A stretch of DNA of 50,503 nt. It comes from Parcubacteria group bacterium (GTDB taxonomy: Bacteria > Patescibacteriota > Minisyncoccia > Phycocordibacterales > Zambryskibacteraceae). Numbering within the stretch: position 1 is the stretch's first letter; each line of letters opens with the position of its first letter. Below, one piece after another: positions 15,809 through 24,067 of this stretch. The translations under genes and the position numbers were made by a program. The DNA lies in NCBI GenBank assembly GCA_028286465.1, contig JAQBRN010000020.1, positions 1-50,503 on the forward strand, given 5' to 3'. The notes under the pieces are model-generated. The model had not been told where the DNA came from and made no database searches. It saw nothing but the letters and a program-made list of their open reading frames with translations.

Positions 15809-16738
15809 TTATTTAGTTGGTGGCGTAAGGTTCGCCTCGATCTCGGGTTTCTTGCTCTTCGCATACTGCTCGTGGAAGCCCTTGGCCACGTCTTCCATGA
15901 TCACTCGGCCTTCAAGCCTTTTCACCGCCTCGGCGCATTCGGCGAAGGTCTGGGGTATATCCTTCTCGCCGAGAAGCGAGAGAGCTGTTTGAATATTGGT
16001 TAAAACATTGTGCTGGTAGCGATGCTCGCTTCTCACCGAGGTGTAATTCTCAAGAATGTATTCATAGTCATGAAGCGTCAATGTCGGGCGCTTTTTATAA
16101 TACGGATCCGGAACCTCGGGCATCTTGTTGTACCACAGGTCGCCCCAGACGACATTGTTCTGCTTGAACTTCCGTAAGTAGGCGAAGACCTTCTCCGCGT
16201 CCGGATGTCCGCCAAGCCCGCCGTCGCTATTCTCGAAAACGATCGACTTCCTGAGTTTCAGGAGAAAGTTGATGGACGGCGCTTCGGGATACTTTTCCTT
16301 CAAAAGATCATAAAGGATGGTGTACGACAGGCTCTTCTCGCGAAGCCCCGGGATCCTGTAGTACGTGAGCATTTCCGTATCGTTCGAAGCCACATACTCG
16401 TTGTAGTTCACGATCTCGGTGAAGTATTCCTTGGTAAGCCTGCGAGGATTCAGCGGATTGTCGAAAGCCATATGCACCATATCGTGCATAAAGAACATGT
16501 CGCTCACCGAGTCGCTCGCGTAATGATCGCGCATCAAGACGAAGTTGAAATACTGGGTGAAGTGCGCATACTCATATTCTTCGCTTGCCTTGAAGAAGAT
16601 CGGCGACCGGTGGTCGATGACGAAGTCCACGAGGCCTTTATAGAAGGGATGGGTCTTGAACTCTTCCGTCTTGATGATCTCCGTATTGATAAAATGCTCG
16701 TACTCGGCAAGGGTTGGGAAGAAGGTGAGGTCTCTCAT
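15809..16738 (-). CDS. Hypothetical protein (309 aa)
   Basis: Long ORF with good coding appearance. I recognise no family. It contains FFMHDMVHMAF, a possible H-x3-H metal site. Confidence 0.6.
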   Translation of the reverse strand: MRDLTFFPTLAEYEHFINTEIIKTEEFKTHPFYKGLVDFVIDHRSPIFFKASEEYEYAHFTQYFNFVLMRDHYASDSVSDMFFMHDMVHMAFDNPLNPRRLTKEYFTEIVNYNEYVASNDTEMLTYYRIPGLREKSLSYTILYDLLKEKYPEAPSINFLLKLRKSIVFENSDGGLGGHPDAEKVFAYLRKFKQNNVVWGDLWYNKMPEVPDPYYKKRPTLTLHDYEYILENYTSVRSEHRYQHNVLTNIQTALSLLGEKDIPQTFAECAEAVKRLEGRVIMEDVAKGFHEQYAKSKKPEIEANLTPPTK

Positions 16739-16780
16739 GCCTCAATCCTACTCAAGAAACTTGGAGCGGGCAACGTATAG

Positions 16781-16806
16781 AAAAACCCCGCAGCATAGCT
16801 GCGGGG
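16781..16806 (-). terminator. Terminator of the Mqo-family gene
   Basis: Stem CCCCGCAGC (16786-16794) / GCTGCGGGG (16798-16806) with loop ATA and a minus-strand T-run. Confidence 0.8.
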
Positions 16807-16814
16807 CGTTGGAA

Positions 16815-18152
16815 CTATCGGGCGTGAACAACGCCTCCCAGTTCGGCTTCGAATCTCTCGGAGTCGAACCGGTAGTGATTGCCGAGAAAACCGGCAACCC
16901 GCTCGGCATCCCGCTTGGCATTCGCGAGACACACCGAGGCGCCCGGTGACGGCGTGGTGTTGAAGATGCAATTGTCGCCGACGATGGTCTTGTCGCCCAT
17001 TTCGAGATTGTCGGTCTTTTTCTCGAGATTGACGATCTGAGGACGAATACCGCCAACGCCCTTTCTGAGCTTGAGGTCGCGATACCGAATGGTCGGCACG
17101 ATCACTCGAGCTTGCCGCAGAAACATCAGCGGACCGAGCACGGGCACATCGTAGAGCGCGTTCCGAACAACATACCCGACAAGATGATTCTTGAAGAGAA
17201 TGCTGAGAAGAACAATGAGGCCTCTGATCGAGACGATCGGGAGCTTCATGAAGTCCCAGAACGTCTTGTACTGATGCCGCTCCATGAGAGGCAAAGGCTT
17301 CGTCGTCGGGCCGAACCGCGTGTCGTCCTGATTGAGGACATCCGGATCGCCGTGAATGGCCGCGAACGGCATCCCCTCGATCTGAACGCGGTAGACCTTC
17401 CCGCGCAGGAACTTCCCTGCGGAGAAAAAACTGCCGGCGACCGGCAAGATGCCGTATTCCAGGCCGTAGCCGAGCTGCTGCGCGAAGAGAAGGCTGTATG
17501 CGCCCGAGGCGAATACCACCACCTTCGCGCGGAACTCGCCGCGATCCGTTTCGAGCACGAATTCCTTTCCGACCCTGCGGACCTTTTTCAGGTCCGTATC
17601 GAAGAAGAGGTTGGTGCTGTCATCCTCGTCGAGCGAACGGCTGACGAATGTTTCCGCGAGCCGCTGGTAGTTCACCGCGTAACCTTCGTTCGTCACGAGG
17701 GCACAGACGGGCTCGTTCGGATCACGGCCGAGCATGACCATCGGTTCGAGCTCTCGAAGATCCGATGCACTGGCGAGCCAGAGATCCGGATAGTCGTTCT
17801 TGAACTCGACGAACCGGTGATGAAGCAGTGTGACCTCGTCCTCGCCGACACCAAGCACCATGCGTGTGGTCTTCTTGAAGAGATCCGCGACTTCCGCCTG
17901 CTCGACGAAATTCCGAAGATACGTCGCCGCCACCTTCACTTCGCGAGCATGCTCGAGACCGTAATTCGTCTCGGTACTGCCGTCATGCGAGGTCTGAGCG
18001 TTGTTCATCGGATTCGAATTCACCTGTGCGACATGTCCACACTTCTCGATGAGCGCCATACGGCCCACGTTCGAGAAGCGACTGAGCGCGTAGAGAAGCG
18101 CCGTACCGGTCACTCCGCCGCCCACGATGATGACATCGTAGTCTCTGTGCAT
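16815..18152 (-). CDS. FAD-dependent oxidoreductase of the malate:quinone oxidoreductase (Mqo) family
   Basis: 445 aa. It has the dinucleotide fold DVIIVGGGVTGTA. NNAQTSHDGSTETNY parallels the Mqo motif NNAGTGHSALCELNY, and the C-terminal SPGASVCL parallels ASPGAST. Confidence 0.6.
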   Translation of the reverse strand: MHRDYDVIIVGGGVTGTALLYALSRFSNVGRMALIEKCGHVAQVNSNPMNNAQTSHDGSTETNYGLEHAREVKVAATYLRNFVEQAEVADLFKKTTRMVLGVGEDEVTLLHHRFVEFKNDYPDLWLASASDLRELEPMVMLGRDPNEPVCALVTNEGYAVNYQRLAETFVSRSLDEDDSTNLFFDTDLKKVRRVGKEFVLETDRGEFRAKVVVFASGAYSLLFAQQLGYGLEYGILPVAGSFFSAGKFLRGKVYRVQIEGMPFAAIHGDPDVLNQDDTRFGPTTKPLPLMERHQYKTFWDFMKLPIVSIRGLIVLLSILFKNHLVGYVVRNALYDVPVLGPLMFLRQARVIVPTIRYRDLKLRKGVGGIRPQIVNLEKKTDNLEMGDKTIVGDNCIFNTTPSPGASVCLANAKRDAERVAGFLGNHYRFDSERFEAELGGVVHAR

Positions 18153-18194
18153 TTGTTCCTTAGATTTCAGTGTGAAAGATCAGAAACTTGCGGT

Positions 18195-18223
18195 ATTCTA
18201 TCATTAAAACTACTTAAAGTCAA
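18195..18223 (-). promoter_or_regulatory. Promoter TTGACT-N17-TAGAAT of the Mqo-family gene
   Basis: Minus-strand TTGACT at 18218-18223 (overlapping the stop of the Nudix gene) and TAGAAT at 18195-18200. The SD is AAGGA. Confidence 0.55.
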
Positions 18224-18819
18224 GTAAGCTCATGAGGAGCGGGATCCTTCAAAATAGTCCTCAGCTCAGCCTCCCTTTCCTGTATAAGACAATCTTCGGC
18301 GAAGCGCTGGCGATACTTGAAGCCGAACTTCCTGACCGTGGCAATATAGTCGTCGATGGACATTCTGACTGGCTCGCTCGTCTCTCCTGCATCGAGGTGC
18401 TGATCTTTGGTCTCTCCGGTGAATCCTGCAGCGACGACCGTATACGAAATCCATTCCGCAGAGGGATTCGGCTGTTCCATATGAACGAGATAGAAGTTCG
18501 TGAAGACCATCCCCGTCTCCTCTTCGAGTTCCCTCTTCGCTCCGGCGAGTATGTCCTCTCCGTCTTCGAGCATGCCAGCCACGATATTGAGTGCGGGCGC
18601 ATCCCAGTGCGGCTGCTGTTCTCTTACCGCCACGATCTCGTCTCCGATGATCGGCAGGACGATGACGTTGTCCGTCCTTCGCACCGTTTCGAAGGTGTGC
18701 ATCTCTCCGTTGAATTGTTTCTGCTTCCATTGATGGACGTCGAAACGGACGCCGTCGAAGACTTTCTCCGCGGTGTCGGAATGGAAGGTAACACCCGGAG
18801 GCAATGGTCGTTTGTTCAT
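18220..18819 (-). CDS. Nudix hydrolase with an intact catalytic box (ADP-ribose pyrophosphatase-like)
   Basis: 199 aa. The canonical Nudix box GMLEDGEDILAGAKRELEEETGM is present. The start lies 3 nt after the ARH stop. Confidence 0.8.
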   Translation of the reverse strand: MNKRPLPPGVTFHSDTAEKVFDGVRFDVHQWKQKQFNGEMHTFETVRRTDNVIVLPIIGDEIVAVREQQPHWDAPALNIVAGMLEDGEDILAGAKRELEEETGMVFTNFYLVHMEQPNPSAEWISYTVVAAGFTGETKDQHLDAGETSEPVRMSIDDYIATVRKFGFKYRQRFAEDCLIQEREAELRTILKDPAPHELT

Positions 18820-18822
18820 GGT

Positions 18823-19821
18823 TTAATAGATGTCTATAAGTTTCTCTGCGAGTTCGAGAGGCTCTTCGAAGGCCTTGCTGAAACTCTTCCATTCTACAGG
18901 AATGGATTCGAGTCCGCAGTTGGCTCCGATAAGGGCTCCCGCGATGGAAGCGTTGGTATCGGTATCGCCTCCGGCATTCACGGCTTCGAGAATGCCCGTT
19001 TTGAAATCCTTCGGGTGTCTCAGAAACGTGCCTATGGCGAAAGCAGCCGCATCGAGCGCGCTGAAGCCCGACCCAACAGCCCGAGAAAGGCTCTCTGCAT
19101 TATCTAAATGATCCGTTATCTTTTCGAGTCTTTCCGAGACCGATTCATATTCAGACGGTTCTTCTGTTTCGAGCTCTTTGATCGTCTGTATGATGATTTC
19201 AAGATATGCCGCTCCGGAACTCGCATCCATGCCGCCTTCGCTTTCAAGTATTCTTTGAAGAAACAGGGCAACTGCATATGCCGCAATACTTGCCCGAATA
19301 TCAGGGTGCGTCATGGAGCCGAGCGCCTTCACATCCTTCCAGAGTTCTTCACCGCTGCCTCGCCTTAAGGAGTTATTGACGCCAAGCGGCGAGACCTTCA
19401 TGACAATGCCGCTTCCGCAGCCCTTGCCCGGTACTCCCGGAGGAAGCGGATCTTGACCGGGTATTCTCTTACCATCTCTGATCGCTTCTATGGCGATCTC
19501 CGTCGTTTTGCCCCAGCCGAATTTGCTCTTGCTGTATGAGCGGACATGCTCCTCAGCGCAGTCGACGATGTCGAATGCTCCCTTCGTGCGCACAAGCGAA
19601 CGCAAGACGACTGCCGTGAGCTGCCAATCGTCCGTCGTGTCGCCGGCCTTCAAGTCCCCGAGCCAGTCGGTACGATTGATCGGATCGATAAAGCCCGTAA
19701 GCCCCTTCCCAGCCGTATCCTTCAAAATCTCTTCATGACTCATCGTCTCGACCGGCATGCCCAAAGCATCACCGATAGCGATTCCGAGGAAACAACCTTG
19801 AATTCTATTGCTTGTTGTCAT
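18823..19821 (-). CDS. ADP-ribosylglycohydrolase family protein
   Basis: GCFLGIAIGDALGMPVE and GGDTDTNASIAGALIGA are hallmark ARH motifs. The preferred start is MTTSNRIQ (ATG at 19821), which overlaps the upstream stop as ATGA. Confidence 0.85.
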   Translation of the reverse strand: MTTSNRIQGCFLGIAIGDALGMPVETMSHEEILKDTAGKGLTGFIDPINRTDWLGDLKAGDTTDDWQLTAVVLRSLVRTKGAFDIVDCAEEHVRSYSKSKFGWGKTTEIAIEAIRDGKRIPGQDPLPPGVPGKGCGSGIVMKVSPLGVNNSLRRGSGEELWKDVKALGSMTHPDIRASIAAYAVALFLQRILESEGGMDASSGAAYLEIIIQTIKELETEEPSEYESVSERLEKITDHLDNAESLSRAVGSGFSALDAAAFAIGTFLRHPKDFKTGILEAVNAGGDTDTNASIAGALIGANCGLESIPVEWKSFSKAFEEPLELAEKLIDIY

Positions 19822-20306
19822 GGTGTATGAATAAGCTTCTCTTTGATACATCGCTCTACTGCCTTGATACATTCCGGAAGCAACTCAAATATCGGAATCC
19901 CATACTGCTTCGCAATGATATCGACATTGCCCTTGCGCCAGAAACCTTCCGGACAGCAAACAAACACCTTGCCGCTCGCGGCGAAGAGCCCGAGTTCGAG
20001 GAGGCTTATCGGCGACTTCGTCTTCGGATCGAAATAGAACAAAATGACATCCGCTTCTTTAAGTCCCCGCTGCTCCCATTCGACTTGTTCCTTAAATACA
20101 GGATTATGAATGCTTTGTTCGATACCGCTATCCCAGACCGGTCGGCGCGGATTCAGAAGCACGATGTCGTACGCTGAGAACTCCTCGGCAATACCATCTT
20201 GCCAGCGCTCAGCAGTATCCATCTCGATGCTTCCGGCAAGAAACACCTTAGGCTTGCTTGCTTCTCGTTCCGTATCAAATGCGTGTGGTGCGTGAATCAT
20301 CTGCAT
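19818..20306 (-). CDS. Nucleoside 2-deoxyribosyltransferase-like protein (NDT-like, paralogue B)
   Basis: 162 aa. KVFLAGSIEMDTAERW ... ADVILFYFDPKTKSPISLLELGLF follows the same family pattern as 14657-15187. The ATG directly abuts the palindromic box. Confidence 0.55.
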   Translation of the reverse strand: MQMIHAPHAFDTEREASKPKVFLAGSIEMDTAERWQDGIAEEFSAYDIVLLNPRRPVWDSGIEQSIHNPVFKEQVEWEQRGLKEADVILFYFDPKTKSPISLLELGLFAASGKVFVCCPEGFWRKGNVDIIAKQYGIPIFELLPECIKAVERCIKEKLIHTP

Positions 20307-20327
20307 ATAGTGTTATATATACACTAA
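20307..20327. promoter_or_regulatory. Candidate NrtR operator, box 4 (aTAGTGT-tatatat-ACACTAA)
   Basis: 21-bp palindrome with one mismatch. Its AT spacer provides the only -10-like element, implying a leaderless NDT-like/ARH/Nudix transcript. Confidence 0.6.
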
Positions 20328-20336
20328 CACAGCACG

Positions 20337-20360
20337 AAAAACCCCGCAACTTATGCGGGG
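20337..20360 (-). terminator. Terminator of the SPFH gene
   Basis: Stem CCCCGCA (20342-20348) / TGCGGGG (20354-20360) with a minus-strand T-run. Confidence 0.75.
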
Positions 20361-20386
20361 TTCTAACTTCACTCCTAGCTTTGGGA

Positions 20387-21139
20387 CTAATTCCCGAAAT
20401 CTCCCTTAATCATCTTCAATGCCTCGCTGACCGTCGTCATGAATTGCGCCGGGAAGATGATGGTGGAATTCTTCTCGACCGAGATCTCGGCCATGGTCTG
20501 AAGGGTACGGAGCTGGAGGGCTACAGGATGAGCGCTGATGATATCCGCCGCTTCCCCGAGCTTAACCGCAGCCTGGAACTCGCCTTCTGCGGCGACGATC
20601 TTCGCCCTTCTCTCGCGCTCGGCTTCGGCTTCCTTGGCCATGGCGCGCTGCATATTGTCGGGCAGGGTGATATCCTTGATCTCGACTGCCGTTACCTGGA
20701 CACCCCAGGGTTCAGTATGTGAGTCGATGACCGATTTGATCTGTTCATTGATGGCGACAGTTTCCGAAAGGAGCTGGTCGAGCTGGAATTGTCCGACGAC
20801 GTTTCTCACCGTGGTCTGACTGATCTGATTGACGGCGTCGTAGACGTTCTCTATGGCCACGACCGACTTCACCGCGTCCGTGATGTGGTAATAGGCGACG
20901 GCCGCAATGTCTATGGAAACATTGTCCTTGGTAATGATCTTTTGCGAAGGAATATTCATGGTCACCGTACGCAAGGCGACCTTCGTCATGCGCTCGAGAA
21001 GCGGAATGAGGAGGATGAGGCCCGGGCCGCGCACACCCTTGCACTTCCCGAGGAAGAAGATGACTCCCCTGTCGTACTCCTTGACGACACGAAGCGAGAG
21101 AAGCAGAAGAATAACGACAATAGCAATAAGGATATACAT
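20387..21139 (-). CDS. SPFH/band-7 (stomatin-like) membrane protein
   Basis: 250 aa with an N-terminal TM segment, then [15 protein letters not shown] ... [19 protein letters not shown] ... [14 protein letters not shown]. Confidence 0.85.
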   Translation of the reverse strand: MYILIAIVVILLLLSLRVVKEYDRGVIFFLGKCKGVRGPGLILLIPLLERMTKVALRTVTMNIPSQKIITKDNVSIDIAAVAYYHITDAVKSVVAIENVYDAVNQISQTTVRNVVGQFQLDQLLSETVAINEQIKSVIDSHTEPWGVQVTAVEIKDITLPDNMQRAMAKEAEAERERRAKIVAAEGEFQAAVKLGEAADIISAHPVALQLRTLQTMAEISVEKNSTIIFPAQFMTTVSEALKMIKGDFGN

Positions 21140-21172
21140 GTATATTTTGTTAGACCCCTATTTTAGCACTTT

Positions 21173-21799
21173 TTAAGAAATGCGACTGTACGCGGCAAGA
21201 AAAGCGTCTTTGTTCTCCGGGCTCTTCTCGTAATGCATCGGAATGACCTCCTTGATCGTTTTAAACTGCTTGGCGAAGCTTGCCGCCTCTTCGGGTCCGA
21301 AGGTATAGAATCCTCCGACAGGGATGAGCGCCTTGTCGACTTCGAGCGCTGAGACATTGATACCGGACGGATAGAAAATGTCTCCGCCGAAGTAGATCTT
21401 TTCACTATCGATCTCAATGAGGAAACCGAAGTTCTCTCTCGGCTTCTGCCCGACGTTCGGCCCGTGATCGACTTCGAAGAATATTACCTTGATGCCTTCT
21501 ATGTCGACTTCGTTTCCTGCCTTGGCTTCGATGATCTCGGACGTAAGCTTTTCTTCTCCAAGGGCTTCGATGCACTCACTGCCAAGATACAATTTCTTGG
21601 GAGAAAGCTTCTTGATGTGCTCCGGAGAAAAGTGGTCACCATGAATATGCGAGACGAGCATGGCATCGACCGTGATACCTTCGAGCTTTTCTATGGGAGT
21701 CAATGAAGCGATGTCGAGCGCAAGCCTGTAGCCATTTTCTGCTTCAAGAATGAAGCCCGATTGTTCGAGTTTGGTGATTTTCATACCTGTAGTATACAA
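21173..21799 (-). CDS. MBL-fold metallo-hydrolase
   Basis: 208 aa with the HIHGDHF motif and downstream His/Asp positions. Confidence 0.75.
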   Translation of the reverse strand: MYTTGMKITKLEQSGFILEAENGYRLALDIASLTPIEKLEGITVDAMLVSHIHGDHFSPEHIKKLSPKKLYLGSECIEALGEEKLTSEIIEAKAGNEVDIEGIKVIFFEVDHGPNVGQKPRENFGFLIEIDSEKIYFGGDIFYPSGINVSALEVDKALIPVGGFYTFGPEEAASFAKQFKTIKEVIPMHYEKSPENKDAFLAAYSRIS

Positions 21800-21807
21800 A
21801 AAGCTTG

Positions 21808-22371
21808 TTACTTTTTCTTCTTTGGAGCGGCCTTCTTGACGGCAGCTTTCTTGGGAGCTTTCGGAGAAACGTTTGGAGCGGCATCTTCTTTCTTCGCAGT
21901 GACTGCCCTTTCGGAAAGAATGCCGACGAGCTTGTCGAGCTTCGTGTTCATCGCTTCGATGCTTCTTTTAAGCTCGGCAAAGGAGTGATCAGGAGCTGCT
22001 GCACGTTCTGGTTTATGCTCTGGTCTGTATTCGGGCTTGTTGTAAGCAGGCTTGTAGGGCGCACGAGAGAAATCCCTCTGCGGAGCGGAGCGGTCGAAAG
22101 TTCGAGGGGCCGAAGCGGACTGGCCGCCATTTGCGGCGAAACAATCCTTGCAATAGACGGGCTTCTTGCCGTTCGGTCTGAAAGGCACTTCGCACGACTT
22201 CTGGCAGGCTGCGCAGACGGCCTGGAACATTTCTGTCGTTCCACGAGCGCCCTCTGCACCTCTATATCCGCCATTTCCGCCTCTTTGCGGCCCGTTAAAG
22301 CCGCCTCTCTGGAAGCCGCCTCCTCTTTTATCTCCACCTTTGAATGCGTTGTTTTTCTTGAAATCGTTCAT
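21808..22371 (-). CDS. CxxC-x17-CxxC zinc-ribbon protein with an RGG-rich N-terminus and a Lys-rich tail
   Basis: CAACQKSCEVPFRPNGKKPVYCKDC, flanked by GGFQRGGFNGPQRGGNGGYRG and a C-terminal KKAAVKKAAPKKKK. Confidence 0.7.
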   Translation of the reverse strand: MNDFKKNNAFKGGDKRGGGFQRGGFNGPQRGGNGGYRGAEGARGTTEMFQAVCAACQKSCEVPFRPNGKKPVYCKDCFAANGGQSASAPRTFDRSAPQRDFSRAPYKPAYNKPEYRPEHKPERAAAPDHSFAELKRSIEAMNTKLDKLVGILSERAVTAKKEDAAPNVSPKAPKKAAVKKAAPKKKK

Positions 22372-22427
22372 ATGTTTGTTTAAACTTCATTATATCACAC
22401 TTCATATTAGAAATCAAGAGTGACAGT

Positions 22428-22895
22428 CTACTCAAGCACCCCGATTCGCGAGGGAAGATCGGTTTTCTTCACTTCAACTTTTTCGAGCGGTACCACATTC
22501 TTCGTACTGATATATTCCACGCCGCCTTCGTCTCGTAAGCTAAATAAGCTTTTATCGAAGATATACACCCAGCCGGAAGCGTCGTCCTTCAATTGTGAGA
22601 GCGTATCTGCAGTGGCGCGATATCTCATGACGGCAGCGCCGTCCTTCACTCCGAAACTGCCGGACGAAGCGCGATAGCCCTTCGGACAATTCTTTTTATT
22701 GATAATGGCCATGAAGATGGCATACTCGACGACGGATGCCGCGAAGACCGCCGGCTCTCCATCCGGGATCTGTTCTCCGTTTACATGATTGTGAGCCTGC
22801 CTCGGTTCAAATTCTTCCACTTCGGACCCCGATCCATGGAATACGTACTGTCCGGTCTTCTCAAGCTCAAGAAGTTTTTGTTTTTCGGGCGTCAT
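22428..22895 (-). CDS. Hypothetical protein (155 aa)
   Basis: ORF with a 4-nt overlap with the upstream M23-like gene. I recognise no family. Confidence 0.5.
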   Translation of the reverse strand: MTPEKQKLLELEKTGQYVFHGSGSEVEEFEPRQAHNHVNGEQIPDGEPAVFAASVVEYAIFMAIINKKNCPKGYRASSGSFGVKDGAAVMRYRATADTLSQLKDDASGWVYIFDKSLFSLRDEGGVEYISTKNVVPLEKVEVKKTDLPSRIGVLE

Positions 22896-23551
22896 ATCAA
22901 TGAAATAAATTCCATCGGATCTCTAAATCGTTTTGAATGAAGCGTGACCTCGTTAGCCGATCCATACCCGTCCAATTCATCCCATTTGTCCCCTTCCGAA
23001 ATTTTCTTGTAGTATTCTTCGCTTATGGTTTGCACATGGAGATGGGGAAACCAATTGCCGTTGTACGGGGCTCTTCCGACCTTGGCGAAAATCTGGTCCT
23101 GAATCAGCTTGTCACCGACCTTCACCGCTACGTCCGGATCGAGATGCGCATAAATCATATAGAGAGGAAGCGCAGCATGCTTAAGAATTATCCGCGTACC
23201 CCATCCCCCGACTTCCGGATAATCATTATCGAGCTTCACCACCTCCGCTTCGAAATCACAAGTAACTTCGGTACCAGAAGCAACATTAAGATCAACGCCG
23301 AGATGGGTAAAAAACTTCTCCTCTTCAAGATAACTCCCTCTCCACAAAAAACTCCGATCTTCCATCCATCCTCCGTATGAAAAATCGAGGTCGTACTTAT
23401 CATGAACACTCGTTACCATCTGCTCGCATATAACAGGGTCAAGAAGTGCGTTTTCTTCGGTCTTCTCAGCCTGTCTCGAAATCCACTCTTGGGCTTCAAG
23501 GTTTAAATTGACATAGCCGAATACCTTGCCTTGTAAAGCAGGAAATATCAT
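22892..23551 (-). CDS. M23/LytM-like peptidase domain protein without a signal peptide
   Basis: HLGVDLNVASGTEV (HxxxD) and WFPHLHVQ (HxH) motifs. No N-terminal hydrophobic segment. Confidence 0.6.
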   Translation of the reverse strand: MIFPALQGKVFGYVNLNLEAQEWISRQAEKTEENALLDPVICEQMVTSVHDKYDLDFSYGGWMEDRSFLWRGSYLEEEKFFTHLGVDLNVASGTEVTCDFEAEVVKLDNDYPEVGGWGTRIILKHAALPLYMIYAHLDPDVAVKVGDKLIQDQIFAKVGRAPYNGNWFPHLHVQTISEEYYKKISEGDKWDELDGYGSANEVTLHSKRFRDPMEFISLI

Positions 23552-24067
23552 TTATCGAGTATACAACATCTTCATGAGCGGCAAACTAATTCCGCTGTCG
23601 GGCAGAGTTTCCGGTGCCTTGTATCTTTCTCCCATATCGACAAACCCGATCTTTTTATAAAAGTCTACGGCTCTGGTGTGTTCAACGGGTTCGGTGAAGA
23701 TCGGTATGCCGGCCGGCAAAAGCTTCATACCTTCTTCCCAAAGCATGGTTCCAATACCCCTCCCGGTCTCCCCTGGGAGTATGTAGAGAGTCCTCAGTTC
23801 GATCTCGTTTTCAAGAACTTTAAAACGGATATATCCGAGCACCTTCTCACTATCCTTCGCTACAAGTGAGATATCATCCACTATTGGATGTAGGGCTCTT
23901 TGTCGAAAAGCTTCTATTTGACGAGCTTCATATTCGGCATAAAGAAGATCAACATCTTTCCGAGTCACCCCTATTTCAGGAGTAACATACGTCGCATACC
24001 ACGACTGTTTGATGACCTCGTTGATTCCTTCGGCATCGTGTGCTTCTGGTATGGAAGTCTCGATCAT
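23552..24067 (-). CDS. GNAT-family N-acetyltransferase
   Basis: 171 aa with the acetyl-CoA-binding motif GETGRGIGTMLWEEG. Confidence 0.8.
   Translation of the reverse strand: MIETSIPEAHDAEGINEVIKQSWYATYVTPEIGVTRKDVDLLYAEYEARQIEAFRQRALHPIVDDISLVAKDSEKVLGYIRFKVLENEIELRTLYILPGETGRGIGTMLWEEGMKLLPAGIPIFTEPVEHTRAVDFYKKIGFVDMGERYKAPETLPDSGISLPLMKMLYTR

Noticed and set aside
17112-18227. A 371-aa plus-strand ORF
   Set aside because: It is antisense to the Mqo-family gene, which has clear FAD-binding and family motifs, its own promoter, an SD and a terminator.
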